From assembly GCA_046754245.1 (NCBI GenBank), contig JBHHVL010000006.1, positions 13,859 through 77,858 on the forward strand: a stretch of 64,000 bases of DNA, written 5' to 3'. The translations under genes were made by a program, and so were the position numbers. The stretch is from Candidatus Binatia bacterium. GTDB lineage: Bacteria > Desulfobacterota > Binatia > UBA1149. The notes below the pieces were generated by a model. That model was not told the DNA's origin. It saw only the letters and a program-made list of their open reading frames with translations, and did not search any database. Position 1 is the first letter of the stretch; each line of letters begins with the position of its first letter. Of the stretch, positions 28,649 to 39,485 are shown piece by piece.

Positions 28649-29002
28649 ATGAGCGGCCACAGAACCGAGAGAGTTGAGCGCCAGTTACTCGAGGAACTCG
28701 CCAATATCGTGGAACATGATCTCTACGATCCGTCGGTTGGCATGGTCACTTTCACCTCGGTCCGGGTGAGCGGCGATCTCAGCCACGCGCGGGTTTACTT
28801 CTCCCGGCTCGGCACGGAGGAGGAACAAGAGCAGTGCCGCAAGGGCTTGCAGCGAGCCGCGGGTTTCCTACGCAGGGAACTCGCCCACCGGGCGAGGCTG
28901 CGCCACACTCCTGAACTCGTGTTTCAGTTCGATGACACGCTCGAAACCGCTGAGCGAATAAGTCGGCTGCTCACCAAAACCGTAGATCTCGATGAGAAAT
29001 GA
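28649..29002 (+). CDS. rbfA: ribosome-binding factor A
   Basis: 117 aa, RbfA pattern (RVERQLLEELANIV..., TFTSVRVSGDLSHARVYFS). Confidence 0.85.
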   Translation: MSGHRTERVERQLLEELANIVEHDLYDPSVGMVTFTSVRVSGDLSHARVYFSRLGTEEEQEQCRKGLQRAAGFLRRELAHRARLRHTPELVFQFDDTLETAERISRLLTKTVDLDEK

Positions 29003-29921
29003 CGTGAACTCCCGAGGGTTGCACGGCGTTCTTCTGGTCAACAAGCCGGTCGGCATGAGTTCCGCTCGCGTCGTGAGTCACGTCAAGAAATCCCTCGGGG
29101 GGCCTAAGATAGGGCACCTCGGCACACTCGACCCCTTCGCCTCGGGTCTCTTGCCCCTCTGCTTGGGGGAGGCAACCAAGGCCGCGCCCTGGCTGAATCT
29201 TGCGTCGAAACGTTACAAGGGAACCATAGCGTTGGGGAAGCGCACCGACACCCTTGACCGCACGGGCACCGTGACGGAGGTCGCGCCGGTCCCCGAGTTC
29301 GGCCCGGAGGCGCTGCGCGCTCTTGAGCAGAACTTCAGCGGGCCGATGCAGCAACTGCCGCCGGCGTTTTCGGCGATCAAGAAGGACGGCGTGCCGATGT
29401 ACAAGCGCGCCAGACGGGGGGAAACCCCCGAACTGGAACCGCGACCCGTCACCATATACGAACTTGAGCTGTCCGTCCTCTCCGAGTCGTCCTTGGGGTT
29501 TTCGGTGCATTGCTCCAAGGGCACTTACATACGAAGCCTCGCCAGAGACATAGGGGACAGCTTGGGCTGTGGGGCCTGCCTCGATTCGCTGGTTCGCACC
29601 GCATTCGGCCGCTTCCGCTTGGCCGATGCCATCGACCTCGAAGCCCTGGAAGGCGGCGCGACCCCGCTGGAGCTTGGGGATGGGATCATTCCACTGTCCA
29701 GGGCACTCGGGCACTTGCGCATGATCGACACCGATTCCGGCACTGCCGCCGAGCTCAGGATGGGTAGGCAGGCGGCTTGCGTGAAGCTCACCGGCCCTGA
29801 AAGCTCCGAAACCGCCTGCGTTACCTGCGGGAGCGATTTCGTCGCAGTGGTATCGGAAAAACTCGGCCGCTGGTCGCTCGAGCGAGTGTTCAACCCGCAG
29901 CTTGCCACTCGTGCGGGTTAG
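28992..29921 (+). CDS. truB: tRNA pseudouridine(55) synthase TruB
   Basis: Motifs GVLLVNKPVGMSS and HLGTLDPFASGLLPL with the catalytic Asp; overlaps rbfA by 11 nt. Confidence 0.9.
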   Translation: MRNDVNSRGLHGVLLVNKPVGMSSARVVSHVKKSLGGPKIGHLGTLDPFASGLLPLCLGEATKAAPWLNLASKRYKGTIALGKRTDTLDRTGTVTEVAPVPEFGPEALRALEQNFSGPMQQLPPAFSAIKKDGVPMYKRARRGETPELEPRPVTIYELELSVLSESSLGFSVHCSKGTYIRSLARDIGDSLGCGACLDSLVRTAFGRFRLADAIDLEALEGGATPLELGDGIIPLSRALGHLRMIDTDSGTAAELRMGRQAACVKLTGPESSETACVTCGSDFVAVVSEKLGRWSLERVFNPQLATRAG

Positions 29922-29984
29922 TGTTAATGGTTTTGATTAACTGAGACGAGGAAATTAAAGTAGGAAGAAGACGACGAAGATCCC

Positions 29985-30254
29985 GTGGATACCGTTACAG
30001 CCAACAAGCAAGAAGTCATCGAACAGTTCAGGGTTCACGAAACCGACACGGGATCTCCCGAGATCCAGATAGCGCTGCTAACCGCGAGGATCACCCACCT
30101 TACCGAGCACTTCAAGACTCACCCTAAGGACAAGCATTCGCGACGGGGCCTGCTCAAGATGGTCAGCCAACGGCGCAAACTTCTGGACTATCTCAGACGT
30201 ACTGGCTACGACCGTTACGTTGAAGTGCTCGCGAGACTGGGCCTTCGTAAGTAA
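29985..30254 (+). CDS. rpsO: 30S ribosomal protein S15
   Basis: 89 aa, canonical S15 sequence ([35 protein letters not shown]). Confidence 0.95.
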   Translation: MDTVTANKQEVIEQFRVHETDTGSPEIQIALLTARITHLTEHFKTHPKDKHSRRGLLKMVSQRRKLLDYLRRTGYDRYVEVLARLGLRK

Positions 30255-30318
30255 CAGCCGGACTGCGTCACTCCCTCATCTCTAGACAGATCTTTATCCA
30301 AGAGAGAGGTTTAGGTTA

Positions 30319-32415
30319 ATGGCACACAAAGTTGAACTCGCACTCGGGGGCAAGCCCTTTTGTCTGGAAACCGGAAGGGTCGCCAGGCAAGCGGACGGGG
30401 CCGTCATGGTGTCCTACGGCGGCACGGTGGTACTGGTCACCGCGGTCTCTTCGCAGGACGAAAGGGAGGGGATAGATTTCTTCCCGCTTACGGTAGAATA
30501 TCAAGAAAAAGCCTTTGCTGCAGGCAAGATCCCCGGGGGGTTTTTCAAGCGAGAAGGTCGGCCGGGAGCCGACGAAATTCTCACCTGCAGAATCATAGAT
30601 CGCCCAATACGGCCACTCTTCCCGAAGGGATACGCTTTCGAAACGCAGATCATCGCGACGGTGCTCTCTTATGACAATGAGTGTGGACCGGACGTCACGA
30701 GCCTCATCGGCGCGTCGGCGGCATTGGGAATATCGAACATCCCCTTCGCTGGTCCTCTGGCTGCTGTAAGGGTAGGGCGGATCGACGGGCGGTTGGTCGT
30801 GAACCCCGGTGCCGAGGCCATCCTCGACAGCGACCTGAACATCGTCATGGCGGCTCGCCGCGATGCCATCGTCATGGTCGAAGGTGGCGCACGGGAGGTT
30901 CCAGAAGATGAGGTTCTCGAAGCCCTCTACTTCGGTCACGAAGCTATCCTCCCCGTGCTCGATATGCAGGAAGAGTTGGCCCGCGTCGCGGGTAAGGCAA
31001 AACGCACTTTCGAGCCCCCTTCGGCCGACGGAGAGTTGGTCGCTAGGATCAGGGAAATGGCGACTCCGGGAGTACGGGAGGCCTACGCCCATACCGACAA
31101 GCTCGAGCGCTACGCGGCCCTGGACAGGTTCAAACACGACTTCCTCGAAGCCCTCCCGGAGGATCTCCAGGAACGTAGCGGTGAGGTGAAGCAGGCGCTG
31201 TCGACGGTCAAGCAGGAAATCGTTCGCGGCGACATCACCGAGCATTCCAAGCGACTCGACGGCCGCGGCCTAAAGGACGTCCGGCCGATCTCGATCGAAA
31301 CGGGGTTCTTGCCGCGAACCCACGGCAGTGCTCTATTCACACGGGGAGAAACACAGGCCGCGGTGGTAACGACCCTGGGAACTTCATCGGATGAACAGCG
31401 TATCGATTCGCTCGCTGGCGACGTCTTCCGGCGCTTCATGCTCCACTACAACTTCCCTCCCTACAGTGTGGGCGAGGCGCGCATGCTGCGCAGCGCCGGC
31501 CGTCGCGAAATCGGCCATGGGATGCTGGCAGAACGTGCGCTGACCCAGGTACTTCCGTCCAAGGATGACTTTCCTTACACGATACGAATCGTCTCGGAGA
31601 TCACCGAATCCAATGGGTCCTCTTCAATGGCTACCGTCTGTGGGGGATCTCTGTCTCTCATGGACGCCGGTGTTCCCATAAGCACCGCGGTCGCGGGTAT
31701 CGCGATGGGGCTCATACGCGAAGGCGACCGATACGTGGTGCTTTCCGACATCCTCGGCGACGAGGACCACCTGGGCGACATGGATTTCAAGGTAGCCGGT
31801 TCCGGAAATGGTATCACCGCTTTGCAGATGGACGTCAAGATCGACGGAATTCCACGGGAGGTAATGAAAGAAGCCCTCTACCAGGCCCGCGAGGGACGAC
31901 TCCATATTCTCGCTGAGATGGCGAAAGCGCTCGAACGACCGCGAGCGGCTCTTTCGGTGCACGCTCCCCGAATAGAGACCATCAAGATCGATCCGGACAA
32001 GATACGGAACGTAATCGGGCCCGGCGGGAAGGTGATTCGGGGCATAGTAGAGCAAACGGGTTGCAAGATTGACGTTGAAGACGACGGGTCCGTTCACATC
32101 GCCTCAAGTGACGGAGAATCGCTCGCCAAGGCGATGGAGATCGTGGACGGACTGACGGCGTCGCCCCGCATCGGTAAGATCTATGACGGAACGGTGCGCA
32201 AGATAATGGCCTTTGGGGCTTTCGTCGAGATCCTACCGGGTACGGATGGGCTCGTTCATATTTCCCAGCTCGCCGACGAACGGGTAGAAAACGTTACCGA
32301 TGTCCTCAAGGAAGGCCAGAGCATTCCGGTGAAGGTGCTTGAAGTGGATCGCCAGGGCAAGATACGCCTGAGCCTGAAGGAGGCACTCAAAGAGCAGGCG
32401 GAGGCTGGAGCCTGA
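30319..32415 (+). CDS. pnp: polyribonucleotide nucleotidyltransferase (PNPase)
   Basis: 698 aa; two RNase PH domains, KH, and a C-terminal S1 domain (GTVRKIMAFGAFVEI). Confidence 0.95.
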   Translation: MAHKVELALGGKPFCLETGRVARQADGAVMVSYGGTVVLVTAVSSQDEREGIDFFPLTVEYQEKAFAAGKIPGGFFKREGRPGADEILTCRIIDRPIRPLFPKGYAFETQIIATVLSYDNECGPDVTSLIGASAALGISNIPFAGPLAAVRVGRIDGRLVVNPGAEAILDSDLNIVMAARRDAIVMVEGGAREVPEDEVLEALYFGHEAILPVLDMQEELARVAGKAKRTFEPPSADGELVARIREMATPGVREAYAHTDKLERYAALDRFKHDFLEALPEDLQERSGEVKQALSTVKQEIVRGDITEHSKRLDGRGLKDVRPISIETGFLPRTHGSALFTRGETQAAVVTTLGTSSDEQRIDSLAGDVFRRFMLHYNFPPYSVGEARMLRSAGRREIGHGMLAERALTQVLPSKDDFPYTIRIVSEITESNGSSSMATVCGGSLSLMDAGVPISTAVAGIAMGLIREGDRYVVLSDILGDEDHLGDMDFKVAGSGNGITALQMDVKIDGIPREVMKEALYQAREGRLHILAEMAKALERPRAALSVHAPRIETIKIDPDKIRNVIGPGGKVIRGIVEQTGCKIDVEDDGSVHIASSDGESLAKAMEIVDGLTASPRIGKIYDGTVRKIMAFGAFVEILPGTDGLVHISQLADERVENVTDVLKEGQSIPVKVLEVDRQGKIRLSLKEALKEQAEAGA

Positions 32416-32416
32416 T

Positions 32417-33676
32417 TTGGAGCCGACGGTCCGGGCATCCCGGCTCGATAACGGTCTGCGTGTAGTCACCGAATCAGTACGCGACGTTTCGTCGGTCGCA
32501 CTGGGACTGTGGGTCGAAAACGGATCCCGCTACGAGAGCCAGGAGTTGAACGGGGTGTCTCACTTCATCGAACACCTTCTCTTCAAAGGCACCCCGACGC
32601 GCTCGGCCTTCGCTATCGCGGAACAGATCGAAGGCGTGGGCGGCAGCATCGACGCCTTCACCACCAAAGAGTACACTTGCTTTCACACCCGTTCTCTTGC
32701 CGCCCACCTCGGTCTGTCGCTGGATCTTCTCGCCGATATTTTCCTGAACTCATGTTTTCGGCCGGACGACCTGGAACTCGAGCGCGACGTCATCATCCAC
32801 GAGATCCTCGATGCCGACGCTGTGCCCGAGGACAGCATTCACGACTACTACATGAAATCCTGGTGGCCGGGCCATCCTCTCGGATGGCCGGTGGCCGGGA
32901 CGGTGGATAGTGTCTCGTCCATCGTCAGGGACGATTTGCTGGCCTGCGTGCGCGACGCTTTCCGCGCCGATCGTGTCGTCATCGCTGCGGCCGGTGCCGT
33001 GGGCCATGAAGAGCTGCTCGATATGTGCCGGGAGGCCTTCCAGTCCCTTCCCGTGGGCCACTCTACCCTCAAACGAGACAAACCGGACTTCAACCCGGGG
33101 CTTTTCGTATGTAGCCGCGATATAGAACAGGTTCACATTCTAGCCGGCCTGCCGGGACTCTCTGTTACGGACCCGCGGCGGGAAACCGCGGAGCTGATGA
33201 TAGCCGCCCTCGGCGGCGGGATGAGTTCAAGGCTGTTCCAATCGGTGAGGGAACAACGGGGGAAATCCTACTCCGTGTACGCCTTTTTGAACCCTTTCTC
33301 GGATATTGGCTACACCGCAATATACGCGTCGACAAACAGGTCCGACGTAACCGAGGTGATCGGGTTGATTACCGACGAACTGCGGGAGCTTCGACGCACG
33401 GGGCTCAAGCCGGAAGAACTCCAACGGACCCGAACCCAGTTGATTGGCGGCATCCCTCTGTCGCTGGAGTCTACCGACAGCAGGATGTTTCGTATAGCCA
33501 AGAACCAGCTCTATTTCGGCGAAGAAATCCCGGTTTCCAAGGTGATCGAGGACATTGGCGCGGTCACCAATGACGACATCATCGAGCTGGCGCAAGATAT
33601 GTTCGCCTTTGAGAGGATGGGCGTCGCGTTATTGGGTGACGCGGATCCAGGAATGCTTTCGCTTCCCGTCTCATGA
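32417..33676 (+). CDS. M16 family zinc peptidase (insulinase/PqqL-like)
   Basis: TTG start 1 nt after the pnp stop; inverted zinc-binding motif HFIEHLLFKGT (HxxEH). Confidence 0.8.
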   Translation: MEPTVRASRLDNGLRVVTESVRDVSSVALGLWVENGSRYESQELNGVSHFIEHLLFKGTPTRSAFAIAEQIEGVGGSIDAFTTKEYTCFHTRSLAAHLGLSLDLLADIFLNSCFRPDDLELERDVIIHEILDADAVPEDSIHDYYMKSWWPGHPLGWPVAGTVDSVSSIVRDDLLACVRDAFRADRVVIAAAGAVGHEELLDMCREAFQSLPVGHSTLKRDKPDFNPGLFVCSRDIEQVHILAGLPGLSVTDPRRETAELMIAALGGGMSSRLFQSVREQRGKSYSVYAFLNPFSDIGYTAIYASTNRSDVTEVIGLITDELRELRRTGLKPEELQRTRTQLIGGIPLSLESTDSRMFRIAKNQLYFGEEIPVSKVIEDIGAVTNDDIIELAQDMFAFERMGVALLGDADPGMLSLPVS

Positions 33677-34131
33677 GTTCGGACACCGTCGAGCCCTTGG
33701 TCGTATCTATCAAACGGCTCCGGTTCGACATCGACGTTTCGCCCAGGTACATGACGGCCGGCGCGGTGGGACTCGACCTGTTCGCCGCACTGGACGAAGC
33801 GATTCTACTGGGTCCAGGCAGGCGGGTGCTGGTTCCTTGTGGATTTGCGATTGCCATACCCCGGGGATACGAGGGACAGGTGAGACCCCGGAGCGGTCTC
33901 GCCCTGCGGGAAGGGCTCTTCATCCCAAACTCTCCGGGAACGATTGACCCGGATTTCCGAGGAGAGGTTAGCGTCATACTAGCCAATTTCGGTGATGGGG
34001 AGGTAGAGATCCAACCCGGCAAGCGAGTCGCCCAGCTTGTGATAGCACCCGTGGTCAGAGTTCGACTCGAGGAACGTTTGGAGTTGGATAAGACCCCCCG
34101 CGGCGGCGGCGGGTTTGGGCACACAGGCTGA
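33673..34131 (+). CDS. dut: dUTP diphosphatase
   Basis: dUTPase motifs RSGLALR, GTIDPDFRGE, RGGGGFGHTG; 4-nt overlap with the upstream peptidase gene. Confidence 0.9.
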   Translation: MSSDTVEPLVVSIKRLRFDIDVSPRYMTAGAVGLDLFAALDEAILLGPGRRVLVPCGFAIAIPRGYEGQVRPRSGLALREGLFIPNSPGTIDPDFRGEVSVILANFGDGEVEIQPGKRVAQLVIAPVVRVRLEERLELDKTPRGGGGFGHTG

Positions 34132-34161
34132 GGCCGCTGCGGTGCTCACTGAACGTACTAG

Positions 34162-35451
34162 ATGATACCACGCTACACGAGACCCGCGATGGCCGCGGTC
34201 TGGTCGGATCAGCACCGGTACGAGCTCATGCTCGAAATAGAGACCCTCGTGTGCGAAGCTCTCAGCAGTCGAGGACTCGTTCCCGCCGAGGCGGCTGCGG
34301 AAATCCGTAAGAAGGCTTCCGTGGACGCCGAGCGTGTCGCGGATATCGAGGCCGAGGTGCACCACGACGTGATAGCCTTCGTCACCGCCGCCGCCGAATC
34401 GGTGGGGGCAGCCGGACGCTACCTCCATTTCGGCATGACGTCCTCCGACGTGCTCGACAGTGCCTTCGCTCTGCAGCTGGTCGAGTCGGCGGACTTGCTG
34501 GTTTCCGGCGTCCGAGAGCTCATGCAGGCGATAGCTGAACAGGCCCGGCTTCACCGCTGGACACCGATGGTGGGGCGCTCCCACGGCGTCCATGCCCAGC
34601 CGATAACCTTTGGCCTCAAGTTGGCCGGATGGTACTCGGAACTCAGCCGAGACCTCGAAAGGCTGTTGAGAGCTCGTGAGGACGTCGCTACGGGCAAGCT
34701 TTCGGGTGCCGTCGGTACCTACGGCGTCAACGGGCCTGAGATCGAAAAAGAAGTCTTGGACCAGCTGGGGCTGAGCGTCGAGCCGGTTGCGACCCAGGTG
34801 GTACCGCGAGATCGCCATGCCCACTTTTTCTCCACCCTGGCTATAGTCGCGGGCTCCCTCGAACGTTTTGCTACGGAAGTACGTCATCTCCAACGTACGG
34901 AGGTGGCCGAGCTGTTCGAGCCCTTCGGCCAGTCACAAAAAGGCTCTTCGGCGATGCCTCACAAACGCAACCCGATTCTTGCGGAAAACATATGCGGTCT
35001 CGCGCGGGTCGTGCGATCGAACGCTATCGCGGCTTTCGATAACATCGCGTTGTGGCACGAGCGCGATATCAGTCATTCTTCGGTAGAACGTGTGATCGCG
35101 CCCGACTCTACGATCGCTCTGGATTTCATGCTCGCCCGGCTCACTGGGCTGGTCCGAGGATTCGAGGTTAACGCAGGGAACATGCAGCGCAACCTGGACA
35201 TGACATCTGGCAGGTTGTTCTCCGAACGGGTGCTACTCAAGCTCGTGGACAGCGGGGTCGAAAGAGACCGCGCCTATCGCTGGGTCCAGCGTTGTGCCAT
35301 GGCCGACGGGAGTTTTGCTGACAACGTTAGGGCCGACCCCGATATCAGCGCCAAGCTCACCTCGGACGAATTGTCGGCTGTCTTCGACCTTCGACACGCG
35401 CTGAGTTACATAGATGAAATCATGGACAGGGTTATCGAGGAGGGCTCATGA
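34162..35451 (+). CDS. purB: adenylosuccinate lyase
   Basis: Fumarate-lyase signature GSSAMPHKRNP and GMTSSD. Confidence 0.9.
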   Translation: MIPRYTRPAMAAVWSDQHRYELMLEIETLVCEALSSRGLVPAEAAAEIRKKASVDAERVADIEAEVHHDVIAFVTAAAESVGAAGRYLHFGMTSSDVLDSAFALQLVESADLLVSGVRELMQAIAEQARLHRWTPMVGRSHGVHAQPITFGLKLAGWYSELSRDLERLLRAREDVATGKLSGAVGTYGVNGPEIEKEVLDQLGLSVEPVATQVVPRDRHAHFFSTLAIVAGSLERFATEVRHLQRTEVAELFEPFGQSQKGSSAMPHKRNPILAENICGLARVVRSNAIAAFDNIALWHERDISHSSVERVIAPDSTIALDFMLARLTGLVRGFEVNAGNMQRNLDMTSGRLFSERVLLKLVDSGVERDRAYRWVQRCAMADGSFADNVRADPDISAKLTSDELSAVFDLRHALSYIDEIMDRVIEEGS

Positions 35452-36164
35452 TGGACATCACGAGAGGTGAGCAGCTCGCCGAGGGCAAGGCCAAACGCGT
35501 ATACTCGACTTCGGATCCCAATACACTGCTGTTCTATTTCAAAGACGACGCTACGGCATTCAACGCGCAGAAGCGTGGTACGATCGCGTCGAAGGGAATA
35601 CTGAACAACCGGATCTCCGCACATTTTTTTTCGCTTCTGAGGGACGCCGGTCTCGACAATCATTTCATCGACTGTCCCTCAGAACGTGAGATGTTGGTGA
35701 GGAAGCTCGATATCATCCCTGTCGAGACGGTGGTTAGAAACCGGGTAGCCGGAAGTCTTCAAAAGCGCTGTGGTCATCCGGAAGGCGAGGAACTACCGAA
35801 TCCGATCGTCGAATACTACTACAAAGACGACGAACTCGGCGATCCCATGATCAACGAAGAGCACGTCGTGACCTTCGGCTGGGCAACCCGCGAGGAGCTG
35901 TCCGAGATTCACAGGCAAGCGCTCGCGGCCAATCGCTTCTTGGCGCCTTATCTCGCCGATCGAGGCATCCTGCTGGTGGATTTCAAGCTCGAGTTTGGCA
36001 GGGACGGAGATGGCGGTGTGGTTCTCGGTGACGAAATCTGTCCGGACACCTGCCGGTTCTGGGACGCCGAGACACGCAAGAAGCTCGACAAAGACCGTTT
36101 CCGTCAGGACCTCGGCGAAGTCGCCGAAGCCTACCAGGAAATAGCGAGACGGGTGGTTGGCTAG
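35448..36164 (+). CDS. purC: phosphoribosylaminoimidazole-succinocarboxamide synthase
   Basis: SAICAR synthetase pattern (GKAKRVYSTSD, LVDFKLEFG); ATGA overlap with purB. Confidence 0.9.
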   Translation: MMDITRGEQLAEGKAKRVYSTSDPNTLLFYFKDDATAFNAQKRGTIASKGILNNRISAHFFSLLRDAGLDNHFIDCPSEREMLVRKLDIIPVETVVRNRVAGSLQKRCGHPEGEELPNPIVEYYYKDDELGDPMINEEHVVTFGWATREELSEIHRQALAANRFLAPYLADRGILLVDFKLEFGRDGDGGVVLGDEICPDTCRFWDAETRKKLDKDRFRQDLGEVAEAYQEIARRVVG

Positions 36165-36182
36165 AATGATGGAGCAAGAGTC

Positions 36183-36440
36183 GTGAAGTTTCTTGCTAGA
36201 GTCTTCGTGACGCCGAAGCCCGCGATTCTCGATCCACAGGGCAAAGCCGTGGCGTCGTCGCTCCGCATGCTTGGCTATGACGGAATCGAGGACGTCAGAC
36301 TCGGCAAGTATATCGAGGTCATGATCGAGGACGATGACCACGACAGCGCCCAGGATCACGTCGATCAAATGTGCCGCCGTCTTCTGGCGAACGATGTAAT
36401 TGAGGATTTTCGTTTCGAAATAGAGGAGAGCCGGACGTGA
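36183..36440 (+). CDS. purS: phosphoribosylformylglycinamidine synthase subunit PurS
   Basis: 85-aa PurS pattern (VTPKPAILDPQGKAV...LGY); GTG start. Confidence 0.85.
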   Translation: MKFLARVFVTPKPAILDPQGKAVASSLRMLGYDGIEDVRLGKYIEVMIEDDDHDSAQDHVDQMCRRLLANDVIEDFRFEIEESRT

Positions 36441-37120
36441 AGTGGGGGGTCGTCGTCTTTCCTGGCACCAACGACGACCGGGATACCGTCTACGCGCTTT
36501 CGGATATCTTGGGATTCGACGTGGAGTTGCTGTGGCACGCAGACCGGGACCTGCGGGGTTGCGACGCGATCGTGTTCCCCGGTGGGTTTTCATACGGCGA
36601 CTATCTTCGCTGTGGTGCGATCGCCCGTTTTTCCCCACTCGTTGGAGCCGTCGTCGAACATGCTCGCGGCGGAGGAACCGTCCTCGGCATCTGCAATGGG
36701 TTCCAGATCCTATGTGAAGCGGGACTTCTCCCGGGCGCGCTCCTTCCCAACCGGGGCCTGCGTTTCATCTGTCGTCTCGAGTCCCTGAAAGTCGAAAGCG
36801 TAGAAACCGCGTTCTCTGCGACACTCTCCCCGGGGGAACTTCTGCAGATCCCGATAAAGCACGGCCAGGGCAACTACGTCGCCGACGACGTTACCCTGAG
36901 ATCACTGGAAGAGGAGGGGCGGGTGGTGTTTCGTTACGCCGACGGAGCACCAAACGGTTCCGCCAACGACATCGCGGGTATAGCCAACCCCACGGGCAAC
37001 GTTGTCGGACTCATGCCGCACCCGGAACACGCTGTCGATCCTGCGCTTGGCAAGCTGGATGGCCGGGGGCTGTTTGAATCCGCCCGTCTGTGGCTGGAAC
37101 AACACAGCGTGCACGAATGA
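36437..37120 (+). CDS. purQ: phosphoribosylformylglycinamidine synthase glutaminase subunit PurQ
   Basis: Class-I glutamine amidotransferase with catalytic Cys GICNGFQ and HPE; GTG start overlapping the purS stop (GTGA). Confidence 0.9.
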   Translation: MKWGVVVFPGTNDDRDTVYALSDILGFDVELLWHADRDLRGCDAIVFPGGFSYGDYLRCGAIARFSPLVGAVVEHARGGGTVLGICNGFQILCEAGLLPGALLPNRGLRFICRLESLKVESVETAFSATLSPGELLQIPIKHGQGNYVADDVTLRSLEEEGRVVFRYADGAPNGSANDIAGIANPTGNVVGLMPHPEHAVDPALGKLDGRGLFESARLWLEQHSVHE

Positions 37121-39387
37121 CCCCGTGGCAACACCGAAGTGCATCGGTAACCGAGGAACTCGCTGGTGAACACGGGCTTACGCCCGACGAGTACCGGCAG
37201 ATTCAGGAGCATCTCGGACGAACACCCACCATCGAGGAGCTCGGCGTGTTCTCGGTAATGTGGTCGGAACACTGTAGCTACAAGAGTTCTCGATCGCATC
37301 TGCGCAGGCTACCGACCAGCGGCGACCGTGTACTGCAGGGCCCGGGAGAAAACGCGGGCGCGGTGGATATAGGTGATGGACTGGCCGCCGTGTTCAAGAT
37401 CGAGAGCCACAATCACCCGTCCTTCGTCGAGCCCTACCAGGGTGCGGCTACCGGTGTCGGGGGAATACTGCGGGATGTCTTTACGATGGGAGCGCGTCCC
37501 GTCGCTAACATGAATTCTCTGTACTTTGGTTCGCCTCAGGATCCTCGCACCCCTTATCTGCTCTCCGGGGTGGTCTCCGGAATAGGCGACTACGGCAACT
37601 GTGTGGGGGTCCCAACCATCGGGGGCCAGGTCTCCTTTGACGCGGGTTACGACGCGAACATACTCGTGAACGCCTTCAGCCTTGGTGTGGTTCGCACCAA
37701 AGATCTGTTCCGCGCGGTCGCTTCAGGAATCGGTAATCCCGTACTCTACGTAGGATCGAAAACTGGTCGCGACGGCATACACGGTGCGAGCCTGCTCGCT
37801 TCGGCGGAGTTCAGCGAAGAATCACAACAGATGAAACCCACCGTTCAGGTAGGAGACCCCTTCTCGGAAAATCTGCTTATCGAAGCTTGCCTGGAAGTTC
37901 TTAAGGGCGATGACGTCGTCGCGATTCAGGACATGGGTGCGGCGGGCCTGACGAGCTCGTCGGTCGAGATGGCCTCGCGCGGCGGGGTAGGGATAGAACT
38001 CGATCTCGATCTGGTTCCGCTGCGGGACCAAACTACCAGCGCATACGAGATACTGCTGTCTGAATCGCAGGAACGGATGCTGCTGGTAACGAAGAAATCC
38101 CGGGCCGAGGCGGTAGCGTCGTTCTTCGCGCGCTGGGGTCTAGACTGTATCGTGGTGGGCGAAGTTACAGCCGACCCGTGTTTCCGCGCCCGATGGCGTG
38201 GGGAGACGGTCGCCGACATCCCTGTCGAGGCCCTCACCGACGCGGCTCCGGTTTACGAACGCCCCCTGATCAAAGCAAGCTGCGCTGGCGAGTTCTTTGA
38301 CCCCGTCTCACTCGCGGACTGCTCGGACGCCAATCGGGATCTACTGGACTTGCTCTCGAGTCCGAATCTCTGCAGCAAGCGTTGGGTCTACGAACAGTAC
38401 GACTCGTACGTCGGCGGCAATACCTTGGTGCAGCCGGGTGGGGACGCCGCTGTCGTGCGGGTTCGGGAAAACGGCTCAGCTTTGGCGATGTCGACCGACT
38501 GCAACTCCCGCTACGTGATGCTCGACCCCTACCTCGGCACCCAACACGCGGTTGCGGAGGCGGTACGTAACCTCGCGGCCGCAGGAGCGAAACCGCTCGC
38601 GCTGAGCGATTGTCTGAACTTCGGCAACCCCGAAAAACCGGAAGTCATGTGGCAGTTTAGCCGCGCGATAGACGGGATGGCAGACGCCTGCCGGCACTTC
38701 GACATCCCGGTCATCTCCGGCAACGTCAGCTTCTACAACGACACCCGGGGCCGTTCGATCCCGCCCACACCGGTAATCGCTATGGTGGGTCTGATCGAAG
38801 ACTGCAAGCGCTTCGCCAGCAGTTACATACGTTCGCAGGGACAGACCATCTTCCTCCTCGGCGAGGGAGAACCCCAGCTCAGAGCCTCCGAGTTTCTGCT
38901 CTCCAAGCACGGCCTCTGCGGTAACGCGCCTCCACCTCTGGACCTCGACTTGGAGAAGGCCTGCTCTGCCTTGTGTGCCGAGTTGATAGCGACCGCCGCC
39001 GTCGGCACGGCTCACGACGTCTCTGAAGGCGGTATCGCCGTCGCTCTGGCCGAAATGTGCCTCGGCGGCGACGGCTTTGGACTGGAGGCCTTCGTTCCGG
39101 GCGACCGTACAGACGCAACGTTGTTCGGGGAATGTGGCGGTCGAATCCTCGTCGCTGTGGATGCTAACAATCGCGAACGGGTCGTAGCCCGCGCGACCGA
39201 GGCCGGCGTCGCGGTCCTGGAGATCGGTCGCAGCGGTGGCAGCAGGTTGAGATTGGGAATCGGCGACCTGGGGGATCGTAACGGCCGTTACCTCGTGGAC
39301 CTGGAGATCGACGAGCTGAGATCCGCCGCCGAGTCCACGCTGCCCGCCATAGCCGGTTTGACTACCGGGCAGCGGGCGGTTGCATGA
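37117..39387 (+). CDS. purL: phosphoribosylformylglycinamidine synthase subunit PurL
   Basis: PurL N-terminus (EHGLTPDEY...[11 protein letters not shown]); ATG at 37117 overlaps the purQ stop (ATGA). Confidence 0.9.
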   Translation: MTPWQHRSASVTEELAGEHGLTPDEYRQIQEHLGRTPTIEELGVFSVMWSEHCSYKSSRSHLRRLPTSGDRVLQGPGENAGAVDIGDGLAAVFKIESHNHPSFVEPYQGAATGVGGILRDVFTMGARPVANMNSLYFGSPQDPRTPYLLSGVVSGIGDYGNCVGVPTIGGQVSFDAGYDANILVNAFSLGVVRTKDLFRAVASGIGNPVLYVGSKTGRDGIHGASLLASAEFSEESQQMKPTVQVGDPFSENLLIEACLEVLKGDDVVAIQDMGAAGLTSSSVEMASRGGVGIELDLDLVPLRDQTTSAYEILLSESQERMLLVTKKSRAEAVASFFARWGLDCIVVGEVTADPCFRARWRGETVADIPVEALTDAAPVYERPLIKASCAGEFFDPVSLADCSDANRDLLDLLSSPNLCSKRWVYEQYDSYVGGNTLVQPGGDAAVVRVRENGSALAMSTDCNSRYVMLDPYLGTQHAVAEAVRNLAAAGAKPLALSDCLNFGNPEKPEVMWQFSRAIDGMADACRHFDIPVISGNVSFYNDTRGRSIPPTPVIAMVGLIEDCKRFASSYIRSQGQTIFLLGEGEPQLRASEFLLSKHGLCGNAPPPLDLDLEKACSALCAELIATAAVGTAHDVSEGGIAVALAEMCLGGDGFGLEAFVPGDRTDATLFGECGGRILVAVDANNRERVVARATEAGVAVLEIGRSGGSRLRLGIGDLGDRNGRYLVDLEIDELRSAAESTLPAIAGLTTGQRAVA

Positions 39388-39485
39388 GCGGCTCGGCTGT
39401 CCGATGCTGGGCGGGACCCCCGCGTGAGGCCCTGCTCGATTCCCGAGGCGACGCCCAAGCAATCACGCGGCCAGGGGTGTGATCA